In this document: piece after piece, positions 26,621 to 35,930 of the stretch
Numbering within the stretch: position 1 is the first letter of the stretch
How the letters are laid out: every line of letters begins with the position of its first letter
Source of the DNA: Dehalococcoidia bacterium
Lineage (GTDB): Bacteria; Chloroflexota; Dehalococcoidia; SHYB01
DNA: 64,000 nt
Direction of reading: 5' to 3'
NCBI GenBank assembly: GCA_965207995.1
Contig: OZ242299.1
Coordinates: 592,064 to 656,063, forward strand
The notes under the pieces: model-generated
What the model was told of the DNA's origin: nothing
Database searches by the model: none
What the model saw: the letters and a program-made list of their open reading frames with translations, nothing else
Made by a program: the position numbers and the translations under genes

Positions 26621-29600
26621 CCTTCCATCGCTGAAAGGCGATGGCCCCATTGAAGCACGAGGGCAACGTCTTCCCTGCTCAGGCCATAGGTACCTTCCAT
26701 CGCTGAAAGGCGATGGCCCCATTGAAGCTAGTAGATCGGCTTGTCTACCCCTACCACGGCCCGGCGGCCTTCCATCGCTGAAAGGCGATGGCCCCATTGA
26801 AGCAGCGTCACAGGAAATGAGCTAGTCCTCCGCCGAGGTACCTTCCATCGCTGAAAGGCGATGGCCCCATTGAAGCGGGCCGGATTCTCCGCCGACGATG
26901 ACCCAAGAGATCGACCTTCCATCGCTGAAAGGCGATGGCCCCATTGAAGCATACCCGTCAGAAGTCAACAGGTCCCGATGCTGCTGCCTTCCATCGCTGA
27001 AAGGCGATGGGCCCCATTGAAGCACTTCCCAGCCCGCCCGCTTCAGCAGCCCTACAAAGCCTTCCATCGCTGAAAGGCGATGGCCCCATTGAAGCTACCA
27101 GGTCGACTACTTCATTCGTCCGGTCCTGAATCCTTCCATCGCTGAAAGGCGATGGCCCCATTGAAGCCAGCCGAATCCGCCCCCGGCGCGCGTCCGGCTC
27201 TTCGGCCTTCCATCGCTGAAAGGCGATGGCCCCATTGAAGCGACTGTGACAGAACCCTGTCGCCCGCGTAGAGATACACCTTCCATCGCTGAAAGGCGAT
27301 GGCCCCATTGAAGCGTGGCTGGCCCATAGCCGCCCGTCCCCAGCTGTAGCGCCTTCCATCGCTGAAAGGCGATGGCCCCATTGAAGCTTGATGGCCGCTT
27401 TCTGGGCGGGCTTGAGATCCACGCCTTCCATCGCTGAAAGGCGATGGCCCCATTGAAGCTCACCCCTGTTTTCAGGCCTCTAGTAAGGGCTTGCCTACCT
27501 TCCATCGCTGAAAGGCGATGGCCCCATTGAAGCTACAGCACCGGCTTTTTCGCGGTGTTTACCGATCAGCCTTCCATCGCTGAAAGGCGATGGCCCCATT
27601 GAAGCTCGTCCACCCGCCACACACCCCCATCAAGATAAACCCCCTTCCATCGCTGAAAGGCGATGGCCCCATTGAAGCGGTCTGAGTGAGCGTGTCGATG
27701 GTGCCAAGGCTGCGGCCTTCCATCGCTGAAAGGCGATGGCCCCATTGAAGCTCGGTAGCGGCGACCGTCTCCCCGCCGTCAATTGCCCGCCTTCCATCGC
27801 TGAAAGGCGATGGCCCCATTGAAGCACCGGAGGGGGTAGGAATGAACATCCTCCCTGGCTGCCTTCCATCGCTGAAAGGCGATGGCCCCATTGAAGCCGT
27901 ATCGGACTTCGTCCTGGGCAAGCCTGGCCTCAACCTTCCATCGCTGAAAGGCGATGGCCCCATTGAAGCTTAATGTCGTCGACCGAGAGGGTGGCGCGCC
28001 CTGTGCCTTCCATCGCTGAAAGGCGATGGCCCCATTGAAGCTGGCAATCGCCACAGGCTCCCGCGCCGCCGGTTCCAACCTTCCATCGCTGAAAGGCGAT
28101 GGCCCCATTGAAGCCATCATCTCGCGGCGCTGTTCGCTGTGGTGGGCCAGCCTTCCATCGCTGAAAGGCGATGGCCCCATTGAAGCCTGGCTGATGGTTC
28201 CGTCTGCGGACCTTCCCGACGCCTTCCATCGCTGAAAGGCGATGGCCCCATTGAAGCGTGAACGTGCTTATCATGCCATGCTGTCGGGACGTGCCTTCCA
28301 TCGCTGAAAGGCGATGGCCCCATTGAAGCGCGGTGGCCTCCTGCCTCTCTAGACAGTCTGCCCAAACCTTCCATCGCTGAAAGGCGATGGCCCCATTGAA
28401 GCCCATTTCAGTTGTCCTCCTTGTGTTTTTGGGTTTGGGTCCTTCCATCGCTGAAAGGCGATGGCCCCATTGAAGCGCCGGGACCTTCACCAACTCGTCG
28501 ATCCGCCAAGTGCCTTCCATCGCTGAAAGGCGATGGCCCCATTGAAGCCTGGAAGAGATCAAGACGCTCAAGACGCTGGAGCTGAACCTTCCATCGCTGA
28601 AAGGCGATGGCCCCATTGAAGCTAGTGCGGGGCGCCACGCGCCTGGACCTCCACGCCCCAGCCTTCCATCGCTGAAAGGCGATGGCCCCATTGAAGCTAG
28701 TGCGGGGCGCCACGCGCCTGGACCTCCACGCCCCAGCCTTCCATCGCTGAAAGGCGATGGCCCCATTGAAGCCGCTTCAGCTCCGTCACGTCCATCGTGG
28801 GGTTGCCCACCTTCCATCGCTGAAAGGCGATGGCCCCATTGAAGCGGCTCTTGACCACGCCGACACCGACGACGAGGGTGCGGCCTTCCATCGCTGAAAG
28901 GCGATGGCCCCATTGAAGCCCGGCATTCCGCGCGCCCTGGTGCATGCGTCTGTACTTCCTTCCATCGCTGAAAGGCGATGGCCCCATTGAAGCTGTTCTC
29001 ATGATCATCGCGCACCGAGCTGGCCCAGGGGGACCTTCCATCGCTGAAAGGCGATGGCCCCATTGAAGCTGCCGAAGCCCGCGACGCGCCTGTGCTGATC
29101 CTCGACGACCTTCCATCGCTGAAAGGCGATGGCCCCATTGAAGCGGTGCACTAGCTCAACCATCGGCAGCGTCGTCATGGTGCCTTCCATCGCTGAAAGG
29201 CGATGGCCCCATTGAAGCGTGGCCCACTGCGAAGTCAACAACGAGTCCTTCCTCCGGCCTTCCATCGCTGAAAGGCGATGGCCCCATTGAAGCCCTATAC
29301 ATGGTCTCGTACACCGCCTCGGCTGTGTACCCCTTCCATCGCTGAAAGGCGATGGCCCCATTGAAGCAGCGTCGTCCCCGCCCCCACGGTGAGCTGGCCC
29401 GTGGACCTTCCATCGCTGAAAGGCGATGGCCCCATTGAAGCAAGGCGTTCAGCAGAGGGCCAAGGGCCGATAGCAACCCTTCCATCGCTGAAAGGCGATG
29501 GCCCCATTGAAGCACGGAGGGCGACCTCGCGTCGTGCTACGTCCCGGCCCACCCTTCCATCGCTGAAAGGCGATGGCCCCATTGAAGCGACGACACCAGC

Positions 29601-30111
29601 TGGGCGGGCACCGAGGTGACCGTGACCTTCCATCGCTGAAAGGCGATGGCCCCATTGAAGCTGCGATCAGCGTCCTTCTGCGACCCTGATCGGGTGCTCG
29701 TGCGGCAGGACGACGACCTTCCATCGCTGAAAGGCGATGGCCCCATTGAAGCGCGCCCGTGGAAGATGAACCGGCCCTGCGTCTCCGTGGCCTTCCATCG
29801 CTGAAAGGCGATGGCCCCATTGAAGCTGCAACCGCTCATTGGTCATCCTCTCGGCTTTGTCGAGATCCTTCCATCGCTGAAAGGCGATGGCCCCATTGAA
29901 GCACGTTGGCGACCGGGTATTCGACCCGACGGACAAGTCCTTCCATCGCTGAAAGGCGATGGCCCCATTGAAGCGTCATCCACTATGAGCAAATCATTGG
30001 CAACGCTGACCCTTCCATCGCTGAAAGGCGATGGCCCCATTGAAGCGAGAAGTTGGCTGACAAGTTAGACCAGTGGGCGGAGGAGCCTTCCATCGCTGAA
30101 GGGCGATGGCC
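26621..30111 (+). CRISPR. CRISPR array, 48 repeats and 47 spacers. Repeat: CCTTCCATCGCTGAAAGGCGATGGCCCCATTGAAGC (36 nt, internal hairpin CCATCGC/GCGATGG).
   Basis: Counted by eye: repeat starts at 26621, 26693, 26769, and so on through 30076. Spacers are 35-40 nt, except one of 55 nt (29662..29716). There is one identical consecutive spacer pair, one repeat with an extra G, and a degenerate terminal repeat. Confidence 0.97.
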
Positions 30112-30154
30112 CCATTGAAGCTCCCAGCCGACGAAGACGTAGCTGTCTCATCCC

Positions 30155-30862
30155 TCAATTGCATCCAAATCGACAGCCCATGAGAAGCGGACTTTGTTGT
30201 GTCGATTGGAAGACGGATAACTCGAACATCTCATAGGCGAGGATGCTCTTCACCTCGGGGAAGCCGTAGCTGATCCGCCCGATGTAGGGGCCGATCACGT
30301 CCGAGCAGAGGAACTGGCACTGGATGAGATAGGTGAGGTACTGGTCGAAGGCGCGCTCCAGGTCGTCGGGGAGCGGCTCCATTTCCTTCCAGGCGATGTC
30401 GCGGCCCGCGTACCAGCGGCGCGACAGGGCCTCCTCGACCAAGGCCGGCGTCTCGTCCGACCATACCTCGTACTTGTACTCGATCTCGCGGTGCCCGCCC
30501 CACTTCGGCGACATCTTCTCGCGCAAATCCACCGGCAGCAGCGGGTACGACTTCACGTAGCGGACCTGCGTCAGGTGCGGCTCGCCGACTTCGGGCGGGT
30601 CGCCGATGTGGCTGACCTCGTTGACCGCGCTCCACGTCAGGCCGCGCTCGTCGACCCGCGCCTTCATGCCCCACGCCGTCCAGATGCCCTCGCTCAGCGG
30701 CTTGCCGATCCAGTCGCTGAACCGCCCCTCGCGGATCTTGATCGCCTGCGGGTGCTGGTCGAGCTTCTCGGCGATCTCCTCCGCGGTGGGCAGGGAGTCG
30801 ATCTCGATGGGGCGCGTGCGGTAGATGTCGACGCGCTGGGGCTCGCGCTTGCGTTCGGCCAT
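30155..30862 (-). CDS. Truncated N-terminal paralog of the downstream ferritin-like diiron oxygenase-like protein (probable pseudogene at an island boundary)
   Basis: Residues about 120-220 align with residues about 108-215 of the 30885..32051 protein (shared 'KYEVWSD...LEPLP..LER'). Similarity ends at 'ELSVFQSTQ', 44 nt from the CRISPR array end, before the DESRH metal-binding region. Confidence 0.5.
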   Translation of the reverse strand: MAERKREPQRVDIYRTRPIEIDSLPTAEEIAEKLDQHPQAIKIREGRFSDWIGKPLSEGIWTAWGMKARVDERGLTWSAVNEVSHIGDPPEVGEPHLTQVRYVKSYPLLPVDLREKMSPKWGGHREIEYKYEVWSDETPALVEEALSRRWYAGRDIAWKEMEPLPDDLERAFDQYLTYLIQCQFLCSDVIGPYIGRISYGFPEVKSILAYEMFELSVFQSTQQSPLLMGCRFGCN

Positions 30863-30884
30863 GACTCTATCCCGCCGGCGGCGC

Positions 30885-32051
30885 CTAGAAGGGGGCCTCG
30901 CGCGGCAGGAGGCACGTGTCCCAGCGGGGCACGCCGGCGAGCTCCATCCGTTTCAGGTAGTTCTCGACGACCACCGCCCAGAACTCGCGGTAGGCCTCCC
31001 AGCCCTTCTCCATGTTCGCCGTGCCGCCGGCGGCGAGCACCGCCCACGGCTCGATCAGGCTGGGCGCGATGAGCAGGTTGAAGCCCGTCGCGCCGGCCTC
31101 GCCGACCGCGGCCAGGTAGTTCACCAGCTCAAAGGCCTCGTCGCGCCTGTCCTTCGGCGCATTCTCCAGGAAGTACTTGAGGTGCAGCGTGCCGTAGGAG
31201 ACGTGCCGCGCCTCGTCTTGCATCACCCGGCGGAAGATCTGCTTGTCGCAGTTGTTGCGGCCCAGGAACTCGCCGAAGCGGAAGAGGTCGAGCACCACCG
31301 CCTCGCCGAGGATCTGCACGTGATAGGAGTAGGCCAGGAAGTCCATCCAAGGCCGCGACGGCGTCACCTTCCGCGTCGTCTCCGACGGCAGCGCCGTCGT
31401 CTCCGGCGTCGTCTGCAGGATGCCCTCCGCCGTCGGGTCGACGCCGGGGCCGCCACCGTTGGCGAACATCCGCTTGACGAAGACCTCCATGTGCCGCGAC
31501 TCGTCGACGCACTGCGTCGAGAGGAACATCCGCGCCTCCGGGAAGGAGGGGTCCATCCGCGACATGTAGGTGGGCAGATTGTCCGTGGGGGTGAACTCGA
31601 CGGCGTGGAGGAAGCAGACGAACTGGCAGACCGAGCGCTCCAACTCCTCCGGCAGCGGCTCGAGGTCGCCCCAGGGGATGTCGCTCGTTGCGCTCCACTG
31701 CCGCGACAGCGCCTCGTCGAGCAGGCTCTCGAGGTTGTCCGACCAGACCTCGTACTTGTTGCCCATCTGGTAGGCGAAGCGCGGGTCGGAGGCCGCGAAG
31801 GCGACCTCGCGGTCGGCGCCGGCGCCCTCCTCCGGTATCAGGTCGGGGCGGGCGCGGTTCGTCTCGAAGAACGTCACCCCGCGCCGCGTCGGCTCGAACT
31901 GCCGCCCCCACGACCCCCACGACTCCCCGCCGATCGGGTCGTCGGTGAACCACGGGCCGGGCTCGTAGTCGCCCGCCCGCCACCGCTTCACCTGCGGCAG
32001 ATTCAGAATCCGCTCCGTCGACTCCGCAAGAGTAGGTGGGCTATACGCCAT
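30885..32051 (-). CDS. Ferritin-like diiron-carboxylate oxygenase family protein (AurF-like suggestion, low certainty)
   Basis: 388 aa from the ATG with an AAAGGGAG RBS (track start 32258). Contains 'DESRHMEVF' (an E..H diiron ligand motif) and later 'DEARHVSYG'. Confidence 0.5.
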   Translation of the reverse strand: MAYSPPTLAESTERILNLPQVKRWRAGDYEPGPWFTDDPIGGESWGSWGRQFEPTRRGVTFFETNRARPDLIPEEGAGADREVAFAASDPRFAYQMGNKYEVWSDNLESLLDEALSRQWSATSDIPWGDLEPLPEELERSVCQFVCFLHAVEFTPTDNLPTYMSRMDPSFPEARMFLSTQCVDESRHMEVFVKRMFANGGGPGVDPTAEGILQTTPETTALPSETTRKVTPSRPWMDFLAYSYHVQILGEAVVLDLFRFGEFLGRNNCDKQIFRRVMQDEARHVSYGTLHLKYFLENAPKDRRDEAFELVNYLAAVGEAGATGFNLLIAPSLIEPWAVLAAGGTANMEKGWEAYREFWAVVVENYLKRMELAGVPRWDTCLLPREAPF

Positions 32052-32241
32052 CAGCCGCGCTCCCTTTAGAAAACTCCCGCGCCGGGGTCTGTCTAGCATA
32101 CGGTGCGCGCGGGCGCGGCGGTAGGGGGCAGAGGACTCTGTTTGACGGCGAAGAACGCATGTGCTACCTTCCGTAGATGATGACGGTTGGACGCCATAAG
32201 GCCATCGCGATACGAGTGAACCTCGGCCCGAGAATTGAACC

Positions 32242-33147
32242 ATGGTTGTAGAGGTCACTCACATTGGTTTCAGCGATGAGTCTCACTGGAACGAGAGTAG
32301 ATATCGTAGTCTCGCTCTCATTACTCTCGATAAGGCCAACCTCGCCGAGCTCGTAGCCGCGTCACGGCAACTCCTGGCTCAATCGAGCCTCAGAGAGTTT
32401 TCGTGGAAGGAATTACGTAGTGACAACCGCCGTACTGCAGCAGAACGACTTTGCTCCTTTGCAGTCGACTATGCTTGCAAGGGGAAGCTCCGAATTGACA
32501 TCCTCATCTGGGACATTCAAGACTCCCGTCACAAAATCCAAGGCAGGGATGATACTGCAAACCTTGCGCGCATGTATTACCGCCTCATTTCGCATGTGAT
32601 AAGGAACCGCTGGCCCAGCGGATCCATCTGGCAACTGTTCGTGGATGAACGTAATGACATCGATTGGCAGGAACTAGAAAGTTATCTGCCGTCGCGCCCC
32701 AAAAGAAACAGGGACCAGGGACAGCTACTTCAGAGGGCCAGCCAGTACTACAAACCTCGGGTTGAACAGGCAGTGTCGGCAAACGCACCGCTAGTTCAAA
32801 TCGCAGACTTGTTCGCTGGCCTTGCCGCCTTTTCGTGGAACGAGCATGCGGCATACGAGAGATGGAAAGGCCAGTCTGACATGTTCTCGCTGATGTTCAG
32901 CGATGCAAAGCCTTCGGAGCTATCGAAGAGTCAGACCCACAAGGCCCGCACACTCCTGCATTTCACAACTTATTGCAAGCCAAGGATCGACATTAGCCAC
33001 AAGGCCGGAGAGGGCCTTCGAACTCCTGTCCCAAAGAGCCCGATTAACTTCTGGCGCTACGTACCACAGCACGAGAAAGACAAGGCGCCGCTACGGCATC
33101 AATCGTCTTCCGATAATCGTCTTCGTGGATACCGTCGAATGGGATAA
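32242..33147 (+). CDS. DUF3800 domain protein
   Basis: N-terminal 'FSDES' and C-terminal 'LVQIADLFAG' are DUF3800 hallmarks. Local GC is clearly lower than the flanks. Confidence 0.7.
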   Translation: MVVEVTHIGFSDESHWNESRYRSLALITLDKANLAELVAASRQLLAQSSLREFSWKELRSDNRRTAAERLCSFAVDYACKGKLRIDILIWDIQDSRHKIQGRDDTANLARMYYRLISHVIRNRWPSGSIWQLFVDERNDIDWQELESYLPSRPKRNRDQGQLLQRASQYYKPRVEQAVSANAPLVQIADLFAGLAAFSWNEHAAYERWKGQSDMFSLMFSDAKPSELSKSQTHKARTLLHFTTYCKPRIDISHKAGEGLRTPVPKSPINFWRYVPQHEKDKAPLRHQSSSDNRLRGYRRMG

Positions 33148-33475
33148 CTGGTACCTCCACGTGCCTTGGCGGAGAATATCGCCCCCCCACCACGACACCC
33201 GCCCCTTCCCCATCCCCACCCACGCGCAGCCCTAGCCTCGTTCTCCCCCCGGAGACCTTGCAAATGCGGCCGCGGGCTGCGTTGACGTTGGCACACCCCT
33301 CCCGGCCCCCCGCCCTCACCCCTGCCTCTCCCAGCGGAAGAGGGGGCAGGGCGCCCCACCCCACCCGTCTTTCAGCTTGCCCACGCCTCCTCTCGCTGTT
33401 GCCGCCGCTTCCGATACCACGTAACATCTGCCCATATCCGGCGAGGCCGCCCTCCGCGGCCCGAAAGGAAGCGTC

Positions 33476-34021
33476 ATGGCCAAGATCGAGCTCCTCGACC
33501 CCACCGGCGTCATGCCCGCGGTCAAGAAGACCGAGACCCCCACCCTCGACACCATCGACGGCAAGCGCATCGGCTTCCGCGTCGACTGGGCCAACTTCGA
33601 CATCTTCTGCAACGAGGTCGACGCCCACCTCAAGGAGAACTACGAGCCCCTCGAGGTCAGGCACTACTACCCCACCAGCCGCAGCCAGACCGACGCCGCC
33701 GGCGCGAAGGAGTTGTCCGACTTCGTCGACAGCGTCGACGCCGTCGCCGTCGGCCTCGCGGCCTGAGGCTCCTGCACCGCGTGGAGTGTCCACGACACGA
33801 TTAGCGTCAACGAGCAGGGCAAGCCGACCGTCCTCATGGTCACCTCCGAGTTCGTCAAGCTGGCCGAGAGCCTGCTGCGCGCCCGCAACCGCAGCGACAT
33901 CCCCATGGTCGTCCTGCCCCATCCCTTCGAGCCGCTGCCCAAGGACGACATCAAGGCGCTGGCCAAGGAGAAGTACGAGGCCGTCGCCAGGGCGCTGACC
34001 GACGGCGAGACCAGCGCCTAG
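33476..34021 (+). CDS. UGSC-family selenoprotein candidate, read through the in-frame TGA at 33764-33766 (motif GLAA-U-GSC-TAW)
   Basis: Track ORFs 33476..33766 and 33836..34021 are in the same frame and separated only by one TGA. AAAGGAAG RBS. TGA sits in a U-x-x-C redox-type motif. A 6-bp perfect stem (CGTGGA gtg TCCACG) begins 14 nt downstream. Confidence 0.6.
33780..33794 (+). promoter_or_regulatory. Putative bacterial SECIS-like hairpin downstream of the in-frame UGA
   Basis: CGUGGA-GUG-UCCACG hairpin with a G/U apical loop 14 nt 3' of the UGA, matching the spacing of bacterial SECIS elements. Confidence 0.4.
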
Positions 34022-34030
34022 GAGGCCCCG

Positions 34031-35089
34031 ATGTCCGACCCCACCCTGACGGCGGAGGTCGTCGCCCTCGACGACGACTCCATCGAGGCCGTCTATGAGC
34101 GCGCCGCCGACCTCGGCTGGATCGACGGCCTCCCGATCATCCCGCCGACGCCCGACCGCGTGAAGCGGATGATGGCCGGCGTCAACCGCGGCCCACAGGA
34201 CAACGTCGCCAACATCCCGCCCAACAACGCCCCGGCGACCATCGAGAAGATCGCGATCAACGCCGTCATGGCGGGCTGCAAGCCGGAGTACATGCCGGTC
34301 GTGGTCAGCGCCCTTGAGGCCTGCGCCGACCCCCAGTTCAACCTTTACGCGCTCAACACCACCACCAGCAGCGTCGGCCAGTTGGTCATCGTCAACGGCC
34401 CCATCCGCAACGAGCTGGAGATCAACTGCGGCTACAGCGTCTTCGGCGGGGCCAACGCCCGCGCCAACACCACCATCGGGCGTGCCGTGCGCCTGGTCAT
34501 GCGGAACGTCGGCGGTTCCATCGAGGGCATCGTCAGCAAGAGCACCATGGGCAACCCCCTGCGCATCACCGGCTGCGTCGGCGAGTGGGAGGAGCAGAGC
34601 CCCTGGCCGGCGCTCAGCGTCCAGCGGGGCCTCGCGGAAGGCCAGGACGCCGTCACCGTCTTCGGCGCGCAGGGCACCCTCAACCTCCAGGACGTCGCGT
34701 GCAAGACGGCGGCGGGCCTGCTCACCGTCCTCGCGCACTCCATCGACTGCTCGGCCACCAACATGGTGCTCGGCAAGCTGGAGTCGGCGCAGGTGCTACT
34801 CGCGCTCTGCCCCGACTTCGCCTACATCGTCGCCCGCGACGGCTGGTCGGTCGAGGACGCGCGCCAGTTCATCTTCGAGCAGACCAGCGCCGTCCCCCTT
34901 GACCGCTGGCCCGAAGAGCTGCACGGCCCCATGGAGGAGCGCGGGCGCATCGTCAACGGCGTCGTGCCCATGGCGGCCGACCCCGACCAGTTCCTCATCA
35001 TCGTCAACGGCGGACTCGGCGGACTCCACGCCATCGCGTGCCACTCCTTCGCGGAGACCGATGCCGTGACCCGCCCCATCGTGCGCTAG
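34031..35089 (+). CDS. Hypothetical protein, probably co-transcribed with the selenoprotein gene
   Basis: 352-aa ORF beginning 10 nt after the upstream stop; no recognised family. Confidence 0.55.
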   Translation: MSDPTLTAEVVALDDDSIEAVYERAADLGWIDGLPIIPPTPDRVKRMMAGVNRGPQDNVANIPPNNAPATIEKIAINAVMAGCKPEYMPVVVSALEACADPQFNLYALNTTTSSVGQLVIVNGPIRNELEINCGYSVFGGANARANTTIGRAVRLVMRNVGGSIEGIVSKSTMGNPLRITGCVGEWEEQSPWPALSVQRGLAEGQDAVTVFGAQGTLNLQDVACKTAAGLLTVLAHSIDCSATNMVLGKLESAQVLLALCPDFAYIVARDGWSVEDARQFIFEQTSAVPLDRWPEELHGPMEERGRIVNGVVPMAADPDQFLIIVNGGLGGLHAIACHSFAETDAVTRPIVR

Positions 35090-35129
35090 CACCCGCTCCC
35101 AAGACGAATCCAAAGCCTAGGAGGCAATC

Positions 35130-35924
35130 ATGGCGGACTCGCTGCTCGGCCTGGAAGATAAGGTCTGCCTCGTCACCGGCGCGGGGCAGGGCATGGGCGA
35201 GGGGATCGCCACCGTGCTCGCCGAGGCCGGCTGCCACGCGGCAATCGTCGACCTGAACACGGAGCGAGCCGAGCGCGTCGCTGACAAGATCCGCGGCATG
35301 GGCCGCCGGGCCATCGCCCTCACCGCCGACGCCCGGTCGGAGGACGCGATACAGCAGATGGTGGAAGACACCGTGTCCGAGCTCGGCGGGCTCGATATCG
35401 GCGTCTGCAACATCGGCGGTTTGAGCGAGGAGCGCGCCGCGCTGGTAGTCGAGTCGTCGCTCGCCTTCTGGGACTACGTGGTCGATCAGAACCTCCGCGC
35501 GACCTACCTCTGCTCCCGCGAGATGGCCAAGTCGATGATCGGGCGCGAGGTAAAGGGCACCATCATCAACATCGCCTCGATCAGCGGGCTGCGGGCGTCG
35601 GCGCGGATCTCGCCCTACGGCGCGTCGAAGGCCGGAATCATGCACTACACCCAGACGCTGGCCATTGAGCTCGCCCAGTACGGCATCCGCGTCAACTGCG
35701 TCTCCCCGGCCTCGATCAACACGCCGGAGGCCCTCGGCCACTCCGGACGGACGGAGATGGACGCCTCCGTCATCCCCATCGGGCGCGCGGGGCAGCCGGA
35801 GGACATCGGCTACCTCGTCGCCGTCCTCGCCTCCGACCGCGCCGGCTACGTCACCGGCCAGACCATCCACGCCGACGGCGGCCTCAGCTGCACCTCGGCC
35901 CGCCCCCAGATGGCGGGCGGCTAG
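35130..35924 (+). CDS. SDR-family NAD(P)-dependent oxidoreductase
   Basis: 'VCLVTGAGQGMGEGIA' Rossmann motif; catalytic 'YGASKAG'. Confidence 0.85.
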   Translation: MADSLLGLEDKVCLVTGAGQGMGEGIATVLAEAGCHAAIVDLNTERAERVADKIRGMGRRAIALTADARSEDAIQQMVEDTVSELGGLDIGVCNIGGLSEERAALVVESSLAFWDYVVDQNLRATYLCSREMAKSMIGREVKGTIINIASISGLRASARISPYGASKAGIMHYTQTLAIELAQYGIRVNCVSPASINTPEALGHSGRTEMDASVIPIGRAGQPEDIGYLVAVLASDRAGYVTGQTIHADGGLSCTSARPQMAGG

Positions 35925-35930
35925 CGCGGC

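Noticed and set aside
26552-30040. Around twenty track ORFs inside the CRISPR array with repetitive peptides (MGPSPFSDGR, FNGAIAFQRWK, LQWGHRLSAMEG)
   Set aside because: They are translations of the 36-nt repeat in different frames and strands, not genes.
33044-34738. 564-aa antisense ORF across the selenoprotein locus, plus 33258..33998 and 34314..35069
   Set aside because: Composition-driven open frames (G/A/R/P-rich) opposite well-supported genes.
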